This document shows, in pieces, positions 50,511 to 60,572 of a stretch of DNA of 64,000 nt. Source of the stretch: an uncultured Chlamydiales bacterium (GTDB lineage Bacteria; Chlamydiota; Chlamydiia; Chlamydiales; Rhabdochlamydiaceae); the NCBI GenBank assembly GCA_963700985.1, contig OY969554.1, forward strand, positions 704,001 to 768,000, given 5' to 3'. The position numbers and the translations under genes were made by a program. Under the pieces are notes generated by a model. It did no database searches. It was not told the origin of the DNA and saw only the letters and a list, made by a program, of their open reading frames with translations. Positions within the stretch are counted from its first letter, which is position 1; every line of letters begins with the position of its first letter.

Positions 50511-51287
50511 ATGAAAAAGCACTTTCTTCTACTTACTTTATTTGCTCTAACTTGTACCCAAAGCGCTTTTTCTATTTCCATCTCATATGATGATGCCAAA
50601 AAAATTGCTGAGAAGGTCTGGCAGAACGAATGCCGAGGCTCCATGGAAGGCCTCACCAACTGGAAAAAAGGTGAAAATTTTGCTTCTCTTGGCATCGGGC
50701 ATTTTATCTGGTATCAGCCTGGTAAAAAAGAACGCTTCCAAGAGACCTTCCCTGAGCTATTAAAATTTCTGCAAGCAGAAGGTATAGTATTACCTGCCTG
50801 GTTGAAAAAAGCCCAAGGGTGTCCTTGGAGCTCACGCGAAGAGTTCTATCTGAATGTTAAAAGCAGCGACATGGCCGCCCTGCGGCAGCTACTCTTTGAC
50901 ACCAAAGATCTGCAAGCTATCTTTCTCGCCAGACGACTTGAAGCATTTCTCCCCAAGATGATCGGACATCTCTCCGAAGAAGAAAGAGATAAATTAACCG
51001 CTACTTTCAATCGGTTAGCAAGTGATCATAAAGGGTTATATGCGCTGATAGACTATTTAAACTTTAAAGGAGCTGGCACCTCTCCAGATGAGAAATATAA
51101 AGGTCAGGGATGGGGGCTTCTTCAAGTGTTGGAACGCATTCCTCCTAATTCCAAAGATCCTGTCTTAGATTTTGTAGAAAATGCTCGGATTCTACTTATG
51201 CTAAGAGTGCAAAACTCCCCTCCTGAAAGAAATGAGCAGCAATGGCTCAAGGGCTGGCTAAATCGGCTCAACACCTATTTGAAGTAG
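50511..51287 (+). CDS. Secreted hypothetical protein
   Basis: Signal peptide ending SAFS; aromatic-rich motifs WQNE, SLGIGHFIWY, DYLNFKG, GWGLLQVL; function not assigned. Confidence 0.8.
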   Translation: MKKHFLLLTLFALTCTQSAFSISISYDDAKKIAEKVWQNECRGSMEGLTNWKKGENFASLGIGHFIWYQPGKKERFQETFPELLKFLQAEGIVLPAWLKKAQGCPWSSREEFYLNVKSSDMAALRQLLFDTKDLQAIFLARRLEAFLPKMIGHLSEEERDKLTATFNRLASDHKGLYALIDYLNFKGAGTSPDEKYKGQGWGLLQVLERIPPNSKDPVLDFVENARILLMLRVQNSPPERNEQQWLKGWLNRLNTYLK

Positions 51288-51370
51288 ACGCCCTCTCAAA
51301 AAAATTCATTGAAACTTTTTCCTTCGGAAGACTATGCATATAGATTCTTATCCAAGGATATCTACTTCTT

Positions 51371-52219
51371 ATGAAGCGCATTCTCATTACAATCCTCGCT
51401 ATCATCCTTCTCGCTGCGCTTATTGGAAGTGCCGTATATTTTTTTCGTCCTAAGAAAAACCCCAATGAGCTTTGGCTTTATGGCAACGTTGATGTAAGAC
51501 AGGTCGATATCGGATTTCGCGTAGCTGGGCGTGTAGACCAGCTCTTTTTCGAAGAAGGTGACTATGTCACTACCGGTCAACTTTTAGCAGTGCTAGATAA
51601 AACTCCTTACGACAGTCAAGTGCGTGAGGCTGTGGCTAACTTAGAATCCGCTAAAGCGAGCTTTGAGAATGCTGAAATTCTGTGGAAAAGAAGACAAGAG
51701 TTAATTGGTGTGGGCGGCGTATCGCAAGAAGATCTCGACAATGCCACAGCTACACGCAATGAGCAGTTGGCAAATCTGCTTCAGTTTAAAGCAGCTCTCG
51801 GTGTGGCGCTGGATAACATGGCTTACACAGAAGTTTTTGCCCCAACAGAAGGGGTAATCCTCACACGCATTCGCGAACCGGGAACTGTGGTCAATCCCGC
51901 GGATCCAGTTTATACTCTTTCCGTCTCCTCTCCTGTATGGATTCGTGCCTTTGTGGATGAACCTCACCTCGGAGACGTCTACTATGGCATGACGGCTGAG
52001 GTTTTCACAGACACAAAGGGTGCACCAAGCTACACCGGAAAAGTGGGTTTTATTTCGCCTGTTTCGGAATTTACACCTAAAACCGTTGAAACAACTCAAC
52101 TACGTACTGATCTGGTCTATCGCCTACGTATCTACGTCGATAATCCCGATAGAATTCTCAAACAAGGCATGCCAGTTACGGTTAAACTTCACATCGATAC
52201 CAATCGTGAGAGAAAGTGA
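51371..52219 (+). CDS. HlyD-family membrane fusion protein (YbhG-like)
   Basis: TM anchor, LYGNVDVRQV, EFTPKTVET, LVYRLR. Confidence 0.9.
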   Translation: MKRILITILAIILLAALIGSAVYFFRPKKNPNELWLYGNVDVRQVDIGFRVAGRVDQLFFEEGDYVTTGQLLAVLDKTPYDSQVREAVANLESAKASFENAEILWKRRQELIGVGGVSQEDLDNATATRNEQLANLLQFKAALGVALDNMAYTEVFAPTEGVILTRIREPGTVVNPADPVYTLSVSSPVWIRAFVDEPHLGDVYYGMTAEVFTDTKGAPSYTGKVGFISPVSEFTPKTVETTQLRTDLVYRLRIYVDNPDRILKQGMPVTVKLHIDTNRERK

Positions 52220-53949
52220 GCGAAGTCTTAGTCAAAATCGAGCACCTCACCAAAGTTTTCAACCCTGGGGCTCCTCCGGCATTAAAAGACATTAATGCGG
52301 TTATTCCCAAAGGTGAAATCGTCGGTCTTGTGGGCCCCGATGGAGCAGGAAAAACCACCTTAATTCGTCTTATTGCAGGACTTCTTCTCCCCACCCAAGG
52401 GCACATTAGCGTCGATGGTCATGATACGATCCAAGATGCCGAGTTTGTGCACTCTTTAACGGGTTACATGCCACAGAAATTCGGCCTTTATGAAGATCTA
52501 ACAGTTATCGAAAATCTCAACCTTTATGCGGACTTAAAAGGCGTCTTGGGCGAACAAAGAAAAGCTACTTTTGAAAAACTGCTTAAATTCACAGGCCTTG
52601 AGCCTTTTACAAATCGCTTAGCCGGCGACCTTTCTGGGGGCATGAAACAGAAGCTAGGCTTAGCCTGCGCCCTGGTCAAAACGCCAACGTTACTTCTTTT
52701 AGATGAACCAAGCGTGGGTGTTGACCCTCTTTCAAGGCGTGAACTCTGGAAGATGGTGTATGATCTATTAAAAGACGGCATCTCGGTACTTTGGAGCACA
52801 GCCTATTTAGACGAAGCAGAGCGTTGTAACACCGTGCTGCTGCTGCACCAAGGCGAGCTGCTTTACAATGGCAAGCCTCAAGACCTAACTCAAAAGGTGA
52901 AAGATCGCGTTTTTAAAATCTCCAATATCGAAGGTAACCGCCGCGCACTGCTAGTTCAGGCGCTTCACCAAAAGAATGTCATCGACGGGGTGATTCAAGG
53001 CAGAGATGTGCGCATTGTCACCAAAGAGCCAGGATCCTCGGTTGAAATGAGTCAGTTCAGCAGTGCCGGCACAAAGCTACAAATCTTGCCTACGGCGCCG
53101 CGATTTGAAGATGCGTTTGTCGATATTTTAGGCGGAGGCCCGGGCGGCGACTCTGTGCTGGGAAACTTAACCCCTATGGTTAAAAACAAGTCTGAAAATG
53201 TGGTCGTAGCTGACGGGCTGACCAAAAAGTTTGGCTCATTCACTGCGGCTGATCACATTACATTCACCATCCCCAAGGGCGAAATTTTTGGGCTGCTCGG
53301 GCCTAATGGCGCGGGTAAATCGACCACCTTCAAAATGCTCTGTGGGCTGCTTCGCCCCACAGAAGGCAAAGCTTCAGTAAATGGCCTAGATTTTCAAGCC
53401 GCGCCCGGAGAAGCCAGATCGCACATTGGCTATATGGCGCAAAAATTCTCCCTCTACGGAATTTTAAGCGTGCGTCAAAATCTGGATTTTTTTGCAGGGA
53501 TATACAACTTAAGCGGTAGTCAAAAAAGTAAAGCTATCGATGAGATGATCCGCGCATTTAATTTAGAGCCCTACTTAAATACCACGGCCAATTTATTACC
53601 ACTTGGCTTCAAACAGCGCCTTGCACTGGCCTGCGCTACCATGCACCATCCTGAAGTATTATTTCTCGATGAACCTACTTCTGGAGTCGATCCAATTACT
53701 CGCCGTGAATTTTGGAATCATATCAACGGGCTAGTAGAAAAAGGTGTAACTGTGATGGTTACCACTCATTTTATGGATGAAGCAGAATATTGCGATCGCA
53801 TTGCACTTATTTACCGAGGAAAAGTGATCCATATTGGCGCGCCGGATGCCTTAAAAGAGATCGCTAAATCTGAGCAGCTGCCAAATCCGACATTAGAAGA
53901 TGCTTTTATAAAACTTATAGAAGAGTATGACGCAAAAAACCCAAGCTGA
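52216..53949 (+). CDS. ABC transporter ATP-binding protein with two NBDs (YbhF-like)
   Basis: GPDGAGKT, LSGGM, second GPNGAGKS with LPLGF signature. Confidence 0.92.
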   Translation: MSEVLVKIEHLTKVFNPGAPPALKDINAVIPKGEIVGLVGPDGAGKTTLIRLIAGLLLPTQGHISVDGHDTIQDAEFVHSLTGYMPQKFGLYEDLTVIENLNLYADLKGVLGEQRKATFEKLLKFTGLEPFTNRLAGDLSGGMKQKLGLACALVKTPTLLLLDEPSVGVDPLSRRELWKMVYDLLKDGISVLWSTAYLDEAERCNTVLLLHQGELLYNGKPQDLTQKVKDRVFKISNIEGNRRALLVQALHQKNVIDGVIQGRDVRIVTKEPGSSVEMSQFSSAGTKLQILPTAPRFEDAFVDILGGGPGGDSVLGNLTPMVKNKSENVVVADGLTKKFGSFTAADHITFTIPKGEIFGLLGPNGAGKSTTFKMLCGLLRPTEGKASVNGLDFQAAPGEARSHIGYMAQKFSLYGILSVRQNLDFFAGIYNLSGSQKSKAIDEMIRAFNLEPYLNTTANLLPLGFKQRLALACATMHHPEVLFLDEPTSGVDPITRREFWNHINGLVEKGVTVMVTTHFMDEAEYCDRIALIYRGKVIHIGAPDALKEIAKSEQLPNPTLEDAFIKLIEEYDAKNPS

Positions 53950-55093
53950 AGATCTTAAGACGGAAAGGCGTCAAGGTAGATTGCGCAGGTTAAAGGCGCT
54001 CATTACCAAAGAGACTTTCCAGATTGTACGCGATCCTAGCACCATTTTAATTAGTGTATTTTTGCCACTTCTTTTGATGTTTTTATATGGATATGGGGTC
54101 TCTTTAGATTTAGACCATCTTAGAATCGGGCTTGTTTTAGAAGATACAGCACCTGATGCTCAGCGTTTTGCTGCGTCTTTAACAAATTCACCGTATTTCG
54201 ATGTAAAGACGGTGCGTGATCGCAGAGAACTCATCGACGATCTTATGAGTGGCGCTATCCGCGGCTTTGTCGTTGTGCCCTCCTACTTCTCGCAGTTTAG
54301 AGAACGTCCTAACGTTATCGCTCCTATTCAAGTCATCGCAGATGGCAGCGAAGCGAACACAGCTAATTTTGTGCAATATTATGTACAAGGCGCCTTTCAG
54401 ACTTGGTTGCAACAAGAAGCGATCAGCTATAACTTAACGGGCCTTCCTTTAATTAATGTGCAGTCACGCTTCTGGTATAATGAACAGCTGGAGAGCCGCT
54501 TTTTTCTTCTTTCTGGCTCACTAGCTATCATCATGACACTCATCGGGACTCTTTTAACTGCGCTTGTCGTTTCTCGTGAATGGGAAAGAGGCACCATGGA
54601 AGCCTTGATGTCTACCACCGTGGGCGCAGCAGAACTCGTAATCGGCAAGGTGATTCCCTATTTTATCCTCGGAATGCTTTCCATGACGATCTGCGTACTA
54701 GTTTCTGTTTTTGTTTACGGCTTGCCTTTAGAAGGTTCATTTCTGCTTCTTGGGCTTGTCTCTGCTGTATTCCTCTTTTGTGCACTGGGATTGGGCCTGA
54801 TGATCTCTACTCTTTGCCGCAGCCAGATTGTCGCCTCTCAGATCGCAATCGTTACAGGTTTTTTGCCCGCATACATCCTTTCTGGATTTCTCTTTGAGAT
54901 CGATAGTATGCCCGTGCCAATTCAGATTCTAACTTACATCATTCCTGCAAAATACTTCGTGCAATGCTTGCAGGCGCTTTTTCTGGTGGGCAACGTGTGG
55001 CGATTGATCTTGTTGAATATGATCCCGATGCTCTTAATCGGTTCGGTGTTTTTCCTGATTACGGCACGCAAAACAGTTAAACGGCTAGACTAA
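53927..55093 (+). CDS. ABC-2 permease (YbhS-like)
   Basis: KETFQIVRD, REWERGTMEAL, six TM helices. Confidence 0.9.
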   Translation: MTQKTQAEDLKTERRQGRLRRLKALITKETFQIVRDPSTILISVFLPLLLMFLYGYGVSLDLDHLRIGLVLEDTAPDAQRFAASLTNSPYFDVKTVRDRRELIDDLMSGAIRGFVVVPSYFSQFRERPNVIAPIQVIADGSEANTANFVQYYVQGAFQTWLQQEAISYNLTGLPLINVQSRFWYNEQLESRFFLLSGSLAIIMTLIGTLLTALVVSREWERGTMEALMSTTVGAAELVIGKVIPYFILGMLSMTICVLVSVFVYGLPLEGSFLLLGLVSAVFLFCALGLGLMISTLCRSQIVASQIAIVTGFLPAYILSGFLFEIDSMPVPIQILTYIIPAKYFVQCLQALFLVGNVWRLILLNMIPMLLIGSVFFLITARKTVKRLD

Positions 55094-55095
55094 CT

Positions 55096-56205
55096 ATGTT
55101 AAACCGCATTTTATCACTGATCTGGAAAGAGCTGCTGGCCGCCTTTCGCGATCCGCGCAGTCGCGTCTCAATTCTCATGCCTCCGCTGATTCAATTACTA
55201 ATTTTCACCTATGCTGCCACCTTAGATGTTAAAAATGTGCCCATCGGCATTCTAAATCGCGATAATGGAGAACAAGCCTTCGAACTGCTTGAGCGCTTTC
55301 ACGGCGCGCCAATTTTTACGAAAATCATCTACTTAAAAGGGGTCGAAGAGATCGCGCCTTTTATGGACAACCAGAAAGGTGTAATGATTGTTTCGATCGA
55401 TGAACAGTTTTCACGTAATCTCGACGCACGTAAACCTACAGATATCCAACTGATCTTCGATGGAAGAAAATCGAATACTTGCCAGATTTTAGCTGGTTAT
55501 ACAGGTCAAATCATCGATCAATTTTATCAAGATTTTGCAACTAGGACCGAGATTAAACAGCAGAATACACAGTTATTTCCTCGGATGTGGTTTAATCCAA
55601 ACATCCTCTATTACTGGTATAACATCTCATCTCTGGTGAGCACACTCACCATGATCGCCTGCTTGGTTGTCACAACACAATCGGTAGCTCGTGAAAGAGA
55701 GCTGGGGACGTTTGATCAGCTTCTTGTATCGCCTCTTGTGCCCATCGAAATCCTCATCGGTAAAATTGTTCCCGGGATCATCGTGGGAATGGCCGAAGGA
55801 ACGCTTCTATTAGCTGTAGGCACGCTGCTCATGGGTGTGCCCTTCACAGGATCATTGGCGCTTTTCTTTTTAAGCCAGTTTGTATTTGTTGCAGCTATTA
55901 GCGGCGTGGGTTTGTTTATCTCCTCTCTATGCTCAACTCAGCAACAAGCTACGCTCGGCACCTTCATCTTTATGATGCCCGCAGTATTGCTTTCAGGTTA
56001 CGCTACACCCATTGAAAATATGCCCACCTGGCTGCAACCCGTGACCTATATCATCCCTTTGCGCTATATGTTGATTATCACCAAGGGGCTATTCCTCAAA
56101 GCACTGCCCGCTAAAGTCGTGCTGAGCAACATTTGGCCTATGATCGTCATCGCATTTTTTACCCTTGTAGGTGCAGGTGTGTTTTTCCGCAGGAGGCTAG
56201 AGTGA
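55096..56205 (+). CDS. ABC-2 permease (YbhR-like)
   Basis: KELLAAFRD, RERELGTFDQL, LSGYATPIENMP. Confidence 0.9.
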   Translation: MLNRILSLIWKELLAAFRDPRSRVSILMPPLIQLLIFTYAATLDVKNVPIGILNRDNGEQAFELLERFHGAPIFTKIIYLKGVEEIAPFMDNQKGVMIVSIDEQFSRNLDARKPTDIQLIFDGRKSNTCQILAGYTGQIIDQFYQDFATRTEIKQQNTQLFPRMWFNPNILYYWYNISSLVSTLTMIACLVVTTQSVARERELGTFDQLLVSPLVPIEILIGKIVPGIIVGMAEGTLLLAVGTLLMGVPFTGSLALFFLSQFVFVAAISGVGLFISSLCSTQQQATLGTFIFMMPAVLLSGYATPIENMPTWLQPVTYIIPLRYMLIITKGLFLKALPAKVVLSNIWPMIVIAFFTLVGAGVFFRRRLE

Positions 56206-57737
56206 AAAGATCGCTTAAAAAATGGCTCTACATCTCACTTAGTGCAACGCTCGGCAGTTGCATGGTTGGACCTAACTATAAGCCTCCAGAAGATACTATC
56301 TCTGAAGAGTGGAATGGCACGCCCGAAAACACAGATGCTCATTTTACTGATGCCGATTTTAATACTGCTTGGTGGCAAGTTTTTGAAGATAAAACTCTTG
56401 ATATGTGCATAGAGCTTGCCGCTAACAACAATAAAACGTTGATGGTTGCAGAAGCCAATATTCTGCATGCACGCGCCCTAAAAATGGTGGCCGCAGCTCC
56501 CCTCTTTCCACAAATCAATGCGGATTTCAACGCCACCAAAACCTATTTCAGTAAAAATGGACCGATCTTTGCGGCTAGCACCTTCACACAAGGCACAAAT
56601 CCAACCACTGGCCTGCCCTTCGAAGTCGAAGTCCCCCAGATCCAGCCGTTGTATAACGCGCTCTTTGATGCCTCTTGGGAGATCGATCTCTTTGGCAAAA
56701 CACGCCGCAACGTCGAGGCAGCAGAAGCCAAAATTGGCTCAGCGATTGAACTCAGAAATGATGTTCTGGTTTCACTGCTGGCAGAGGTTGCCAAAAATTA
56801 TATCGAGATCCGCAGCAATCAAAGACAAGCGGAGTTGGTGGAAAGAAATATTCATCTTTTGGAAAAGCAGTCTGAGATTACGCGCAAAAGCTTTCAAAAA
56901 GGATTAGATAATCAACTAGATTATGAAAATATTGAAGCCCAACTTGCTAGCGCACGCTCTACTCTTCCCAACCTCATTGCACAAGTTTATCAAGGGATCT
57001 ATGTCATCAGTGTCTTAACAGGTAATATGCCTGAAGAATTGTTAGATGAACTGCTGCCTATAAAGCCCTTACCAAAACTGCCAGAAGAGATCGCTATCGG
57101 CATCCGCTCAGACCTCCTGCGTCGCAGGCCCGACGTGCGCCTTGCAGAACGCGTGCTTGCAGCGTCTACTGCCACAGTCGGTGTGGCCGTCGCATCGTTC
57201 TATCCTACCATTACGCTTAGTGGTGACGGAGGTTTTCAATCGTTAAAAATCGGCAACCTCTTCCGTATGCATAGCAGAACCTGGTCGGTCGGTGGCGACA
57301 TCAATCTCCCCGTCTTTCAAGGCGGACGCCTTGTGGGCAACCTGCGTGCTAGCCGAGCCGTTGCCGAAGGCGCAGCCTATGCGTATCAGCAAGCCGTTTT
57401 ATCCGCCGTACAAGAAGCAGAAAGCGCACTTGTCTCTTATTCTGAACAGCTCGTTACTACGCATGCGCTTGCCGAGGTCACTCAGCGCAATCGCACTCTC
57501 GTGGCACTTACCAAACAAAGACATGAAAAAGGCCTAGTGAACTTACCCACTCTTCTAACCAGCGAACAGCTACTGATCACAGCCGAAATAAGCCAGCTCA
57601 ATAGCGATACCACGGCACTTACCGATCTCGTCTCGCTTTATAAAGCTTTAGGCGGCGGCTGGGAGCCAGTTGAGGAAGAGAAGAGCGCGGAGGGAGCAAC
57701 CGACGAAGTGGACGTGAATGAACAGGAAATGGACTAA
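56202..57737 (+). CDS. NodT/TolC-family outer membrane efflux lipoprotein
   Basis: GTG start after AGGAGG overlapping the previous stop; lipobox LGSC, VGPNY, SWEIDLFG, LRRRPD, LYKALGGGW. Confidence 0.92.
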   Translation: MKRSLKKWLYISLSATLGSCMVGPNYKPPEDTISEEWNGTPENTDAHFTDADFNTAWWQVFEDKTLDMCIELAANNNKTLMVAEANILHARALKMVAAAPLFPQINADFNATKTYFSKNGPIFAASTFTQGTNPTTGLPFEVEVPQIQPLYNALFDASWEIDLFGKTRRNVEAAEAKIGSAIELRNDVLVSLLAEVAKNYIEIRSNQRQAELVERNIHLLEKQSEITRKSFQKGLDNQLDYENIEAQLASARSTLPNLIAQVYQGIYVISVLTGNMPEELLDELLPIKPLPKLPEEIAIGIRSDLLRRRPDVRLAERVLAASTATVGVAVASFYPTITLSGDGGFQSLKIGNLFRMHSRTWSVGGDINLPVFQGGRLVGNLRASRAVAEGAAYAYQQAVLSAVQEAESALVSYSEQLVTTHALAEVTQRNRTLVALTKQRHEKGLVNLPTLLTSEQLLITAEISQLNSDTTALTDLVSLYKALGGGWEPVEEEKSAEGATDEVDVNEQEMD

Positions 57738-57807
57738 ATGGACCCGCGCAGAAGATCCGTTTTTCCATTTAAAGGCGGGATCCACCGTCTTCATCAGGCA
57801 ACAATTA

Positions 57808-58383
57808 TTACGGGTTCACGATGTAAAAGGTGCTTCCTAAACAGCTGAATTGCTTAGATGCTGGTATGGGCATGTCTCTAAAGGCGGATTTAAACTGATC
57901 TGGTGTCATTTGTTGCAGGCTATTGACAAGACCATTATCTTGGGTAATGCGCCAACGCGTATCGTAAAGTGGATCACATATATTCCAGCAATAAGCGCTT
58001 AAAAAAGAGATGAACTTTTTAAAAACAGCGATAATCACTGTAATAATACTTGTCTCCCACTCCAAGTTGTCCGTGCTTTCATAGTAGCGACGCAATATAT
58101 TAACTGCTTCTAGTCCATGTCGCCTGCTTGTAATATTATAATCGCTTCTAGCAAATTCTCTTTGGCAGACTTCAATAAATCTGCTTGCAAACTCATCAAG
58201 AGATACTGATTCACTGGGCTTTCCCCATTGTGTAATGGGCGGGTCCCATTGCGCACACGAATGTCCATCACACGAAAGTGACTTTGTTCCCCAAAAACTA
58301 ACGCTTTCTCTCGAAACCATCAAAATCTCTAAAAAATCGCTTAGCCTTACATAGGGATCTTGAATTACATCCGACAATAACAT
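57808..58383 (-). CDS. Hypothetical protein
   Basis: 191-aa ORF with ATG start and one hydrophobic segment. Confidence 0.65.
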   Translation of the reverse strand: MLLSDVIQDPYVRLSDFLEILMVSRESVSFWGTKSLSCDGHSCAQWDPPITQWGKPSESVSLDEFASRFIEVCQREFARSDYNITSRRHGLEAVNILRRYYESTDNLEWETSIITVIIAVFKKFISFLSAYCWNICDPLYDTRWRITQDNGLVNSLQQMTPDQFKSAFRDMPIPASKQFSCLGSTFYIVNP

Positions 58384-58466
58384 AAATCCACCCTTAAATT
58401 TTAAAAATATGAAGATCCATTATTTGGACCCGAATTGGAGTTTTGCAACTGGCTCTGTAGCGTTTT

Positions 58467-60380
58467 TTATCCTATGAATTCTTTAATCAGGGTGATTAGG
58501 TGTGACGAGTAAATGATGCAATACTCGTGTCCTCGAGCAATGGGAACATCGGAACCGAAAGTGTTAGAATCTAAAATACCTTGAATAAGATCTCTTCGAA
58601 AATATCTATTCGAGTCGAAGCAGGATAGAATTGTTGCTTCGAGCTCATCTTTTGCCTTGGTGCGATATTTTTGCTGCTCTTCGGGAACCCATTCTTTGAC
58701 AACTTCCGCGGCCTGATCTCTTATTCCTCTAGAATAACGAGAAAAACTGCTTTTCATAGGACGATCAGCGTAAAACGTCCTAGGCTCCATAACAGTCAGT
58801 CCTTTAACAAAGTTAACTCGCTGATTAACAAAATCATTACTTAGGAAGCTTTGCGATTTAGACAGATAGCTGTGATAAAGAGTTTCCACAATATCGCCAA
58901 CTAATCCTCTCTCTTCCAAATTTTTCAGTACAATTCTAGTCACCCCATCCAATCTATTACGTCCGGGCATCTCTGTCACGTAAGACCAAGGAAAATCAAT
59001 TAGGGGTCTGTATGGTTGAAGTTGAAGTCCTTCTTCTTTGTGTGCTGCACGAGCTACCTGCACACAAAAGTTAGCCCCTTCACCCCGACCAGCTTGTGAT
59101 CCCCATAATTCCCATTTCTTTTTTGGCTTAAGTGCATTGTGCGCCTCCCAAAGTTTCATCTCTTTATCTCTTCCATTATTTTCATAGAGAGAAAGAAAAA
59201 GCGCGCATTCAGGAGGGTAAAGGACATCTCTTCCATAAATGGTAAAAGTTGCTTGTGCTGATTTAAAAACACTCTCAAGCTTTCTAATTGCTTGTAAAAA
59301 CGGCTTCACCGTACGTCTGTCTAGATCATCGGCTACAAAGGGCTTTTTCTTTTTGCTCGTAATTGCTCTAACTTCATCTTGCAGTTTTTCATAGTGATCT
59401 AAAGCAGAATGAATATCTTGTGAGCGCGACATACTGTTCTTAAGAACATAGATATTTCTGGAAATGATCCCTTTAAACTTGTCATGCAAAGGCGACACCT
59501 CCTGCAAATCGTCTGGAAAGCACTGATAGTGAACAGTAAAACTTCTGCTCGCTAAAGAGAAAGCCGTTTTGGCCATTCTGTCATATTCATTTTCAATCTT
59601 AACGCCTATCAATTCCAACTTCGACAGTATATTTTCTGGGGAGGAAATGTTATACCCATAGAAGCCTCCAGTAATCACTGCAGCCTCTTTTTTTTGCCAG
59701 TGATCTACCAATTTTTTTAAAGCTTCTTTTGTAATTTCCGTATCTGGGTCGAGAAATAGAAGTCTGACAGTTGAATTTGATAGCTTTTGCGCTCCATCTA
59801 TTGCCTCGCCAATAGCTTTTTTTGTCTGATCGCTATAGAGAAGCTTATTTCTAATCTCTACAAAATTAGTCTCTCCTTTGGCTGGCTTCCAGGCATATCC
59901 AACAACTGATACAGATTTCACATTCTTCCACTCTTCTTTGGCTAAACGTACATTGAGCTGTTCTGCATCTTGTTCAACTGAGCTACCTTGGTTACCATTT
60001 GATGAACGATTCAAGCCAAAAACCACAAAAAACGGGAAGTCACTCGAGTCTATTCCTTCTAGCATATTGAGACACTTTCTTATGCTCTCCCAAGCTTGCT
60101 GTGTATCTTTAAACTGTATTGGAACATTAACCACGATTTTGATGTGGCCAAAGCGGCGAGAAGTCGCATCGAATGCTGGCGCTAAGTTTATAACTCTAGA
60201 ATTTACGAGGGAATTATCGTGAGAGATATTGAGATCTCTTACTATATCTGGATCATCTGGTAATGGTAGGCGTTCTGATTGAGGATCGTATTGTCGAACT
60301 ACTGGCTCTGCATAGGGTTCTTCAGGCAGGGGCAACATTTCCCGACCATAATTTTGACCCTGACCAATTCTTGTCGACAT
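58467..60380 (-). CDS. Hypothetical protein with GT-A glycosyltransferase-like N-terminal domain
   Basis: KIVVNVP, FFVVFGLN, FVEIRN, RLLFLDPD (DxD), VITGG in GT-A order. Confidence 0.65.
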   Translation of the reverse strand: MSTRIGQGQNYGREMLPLPEEPYAEPVVRQYDPQSERLPLPDDPDIVRDLNISHDNSLVNSRVINLAPAFDATSRRFGHIKIVVNVPIQFKDTQQAWESIRKCLNMLEGIDSSDFPFFVVFGLNRSSNGNQGSSVEQDAEQLNVRLAKEEWKNVKSVSVVGYAWKPAKGETNFVEIRNKLLYSDQTKKAIGEAIDGAQKLSNSTVRLLFLDPDTEITKEALKKLVDHWQKKEAAVITGGFYGYNISSPENILSKLELIGVKIENEYDRMAKTAFSLASRSFTVHYQCFPDDLQEVSPLHDKFKGIISRNIYVLKNSMSRSQDIHSALDHYEKLQDEVRAITSKKKKPFVADDLDRRTVKPFLQAIRKLESVFKSAQATFTIYGRDVLYPPECALFLSLYENNGRDKEMKLWEAHNALKPKKKWELWGSQAGRGEGANFCVQVARAAHKEEGLQLQPYRPLIDFPWSYVTEMPGRNRLDGVTRIVLKNLEERGLVGDIVETLYHSYLSKSQSFLSNDFVNQRVNFVKGLTVMEPRTFYADRPMKSSFSRYSRGIRDQAAEVVKEWVPEEQQKYRTKAKDELEATILSCFDSNRYFRRDLIQGILDSNTFGSDVPIARGHEYCIIYSSHLITLIKEFIG

Positions 60381-60572
60381 AGAAGATCCAACTTGCAGTA
60401 TTAAATTGTATTTAAAAAAGGGGAAGATGTTAAGGCAGCAAGAATTTATTTACAATGAGTAGAAACAACCTAAACGACAATGATCATTATCTCTTGTCGT
60501 TTTGGTCTTTAAGGTCGTTTGTGTCCTTAATGTCCTTTCTCCACTTCGTCCATTATTCTTCCCGCACTCTCT

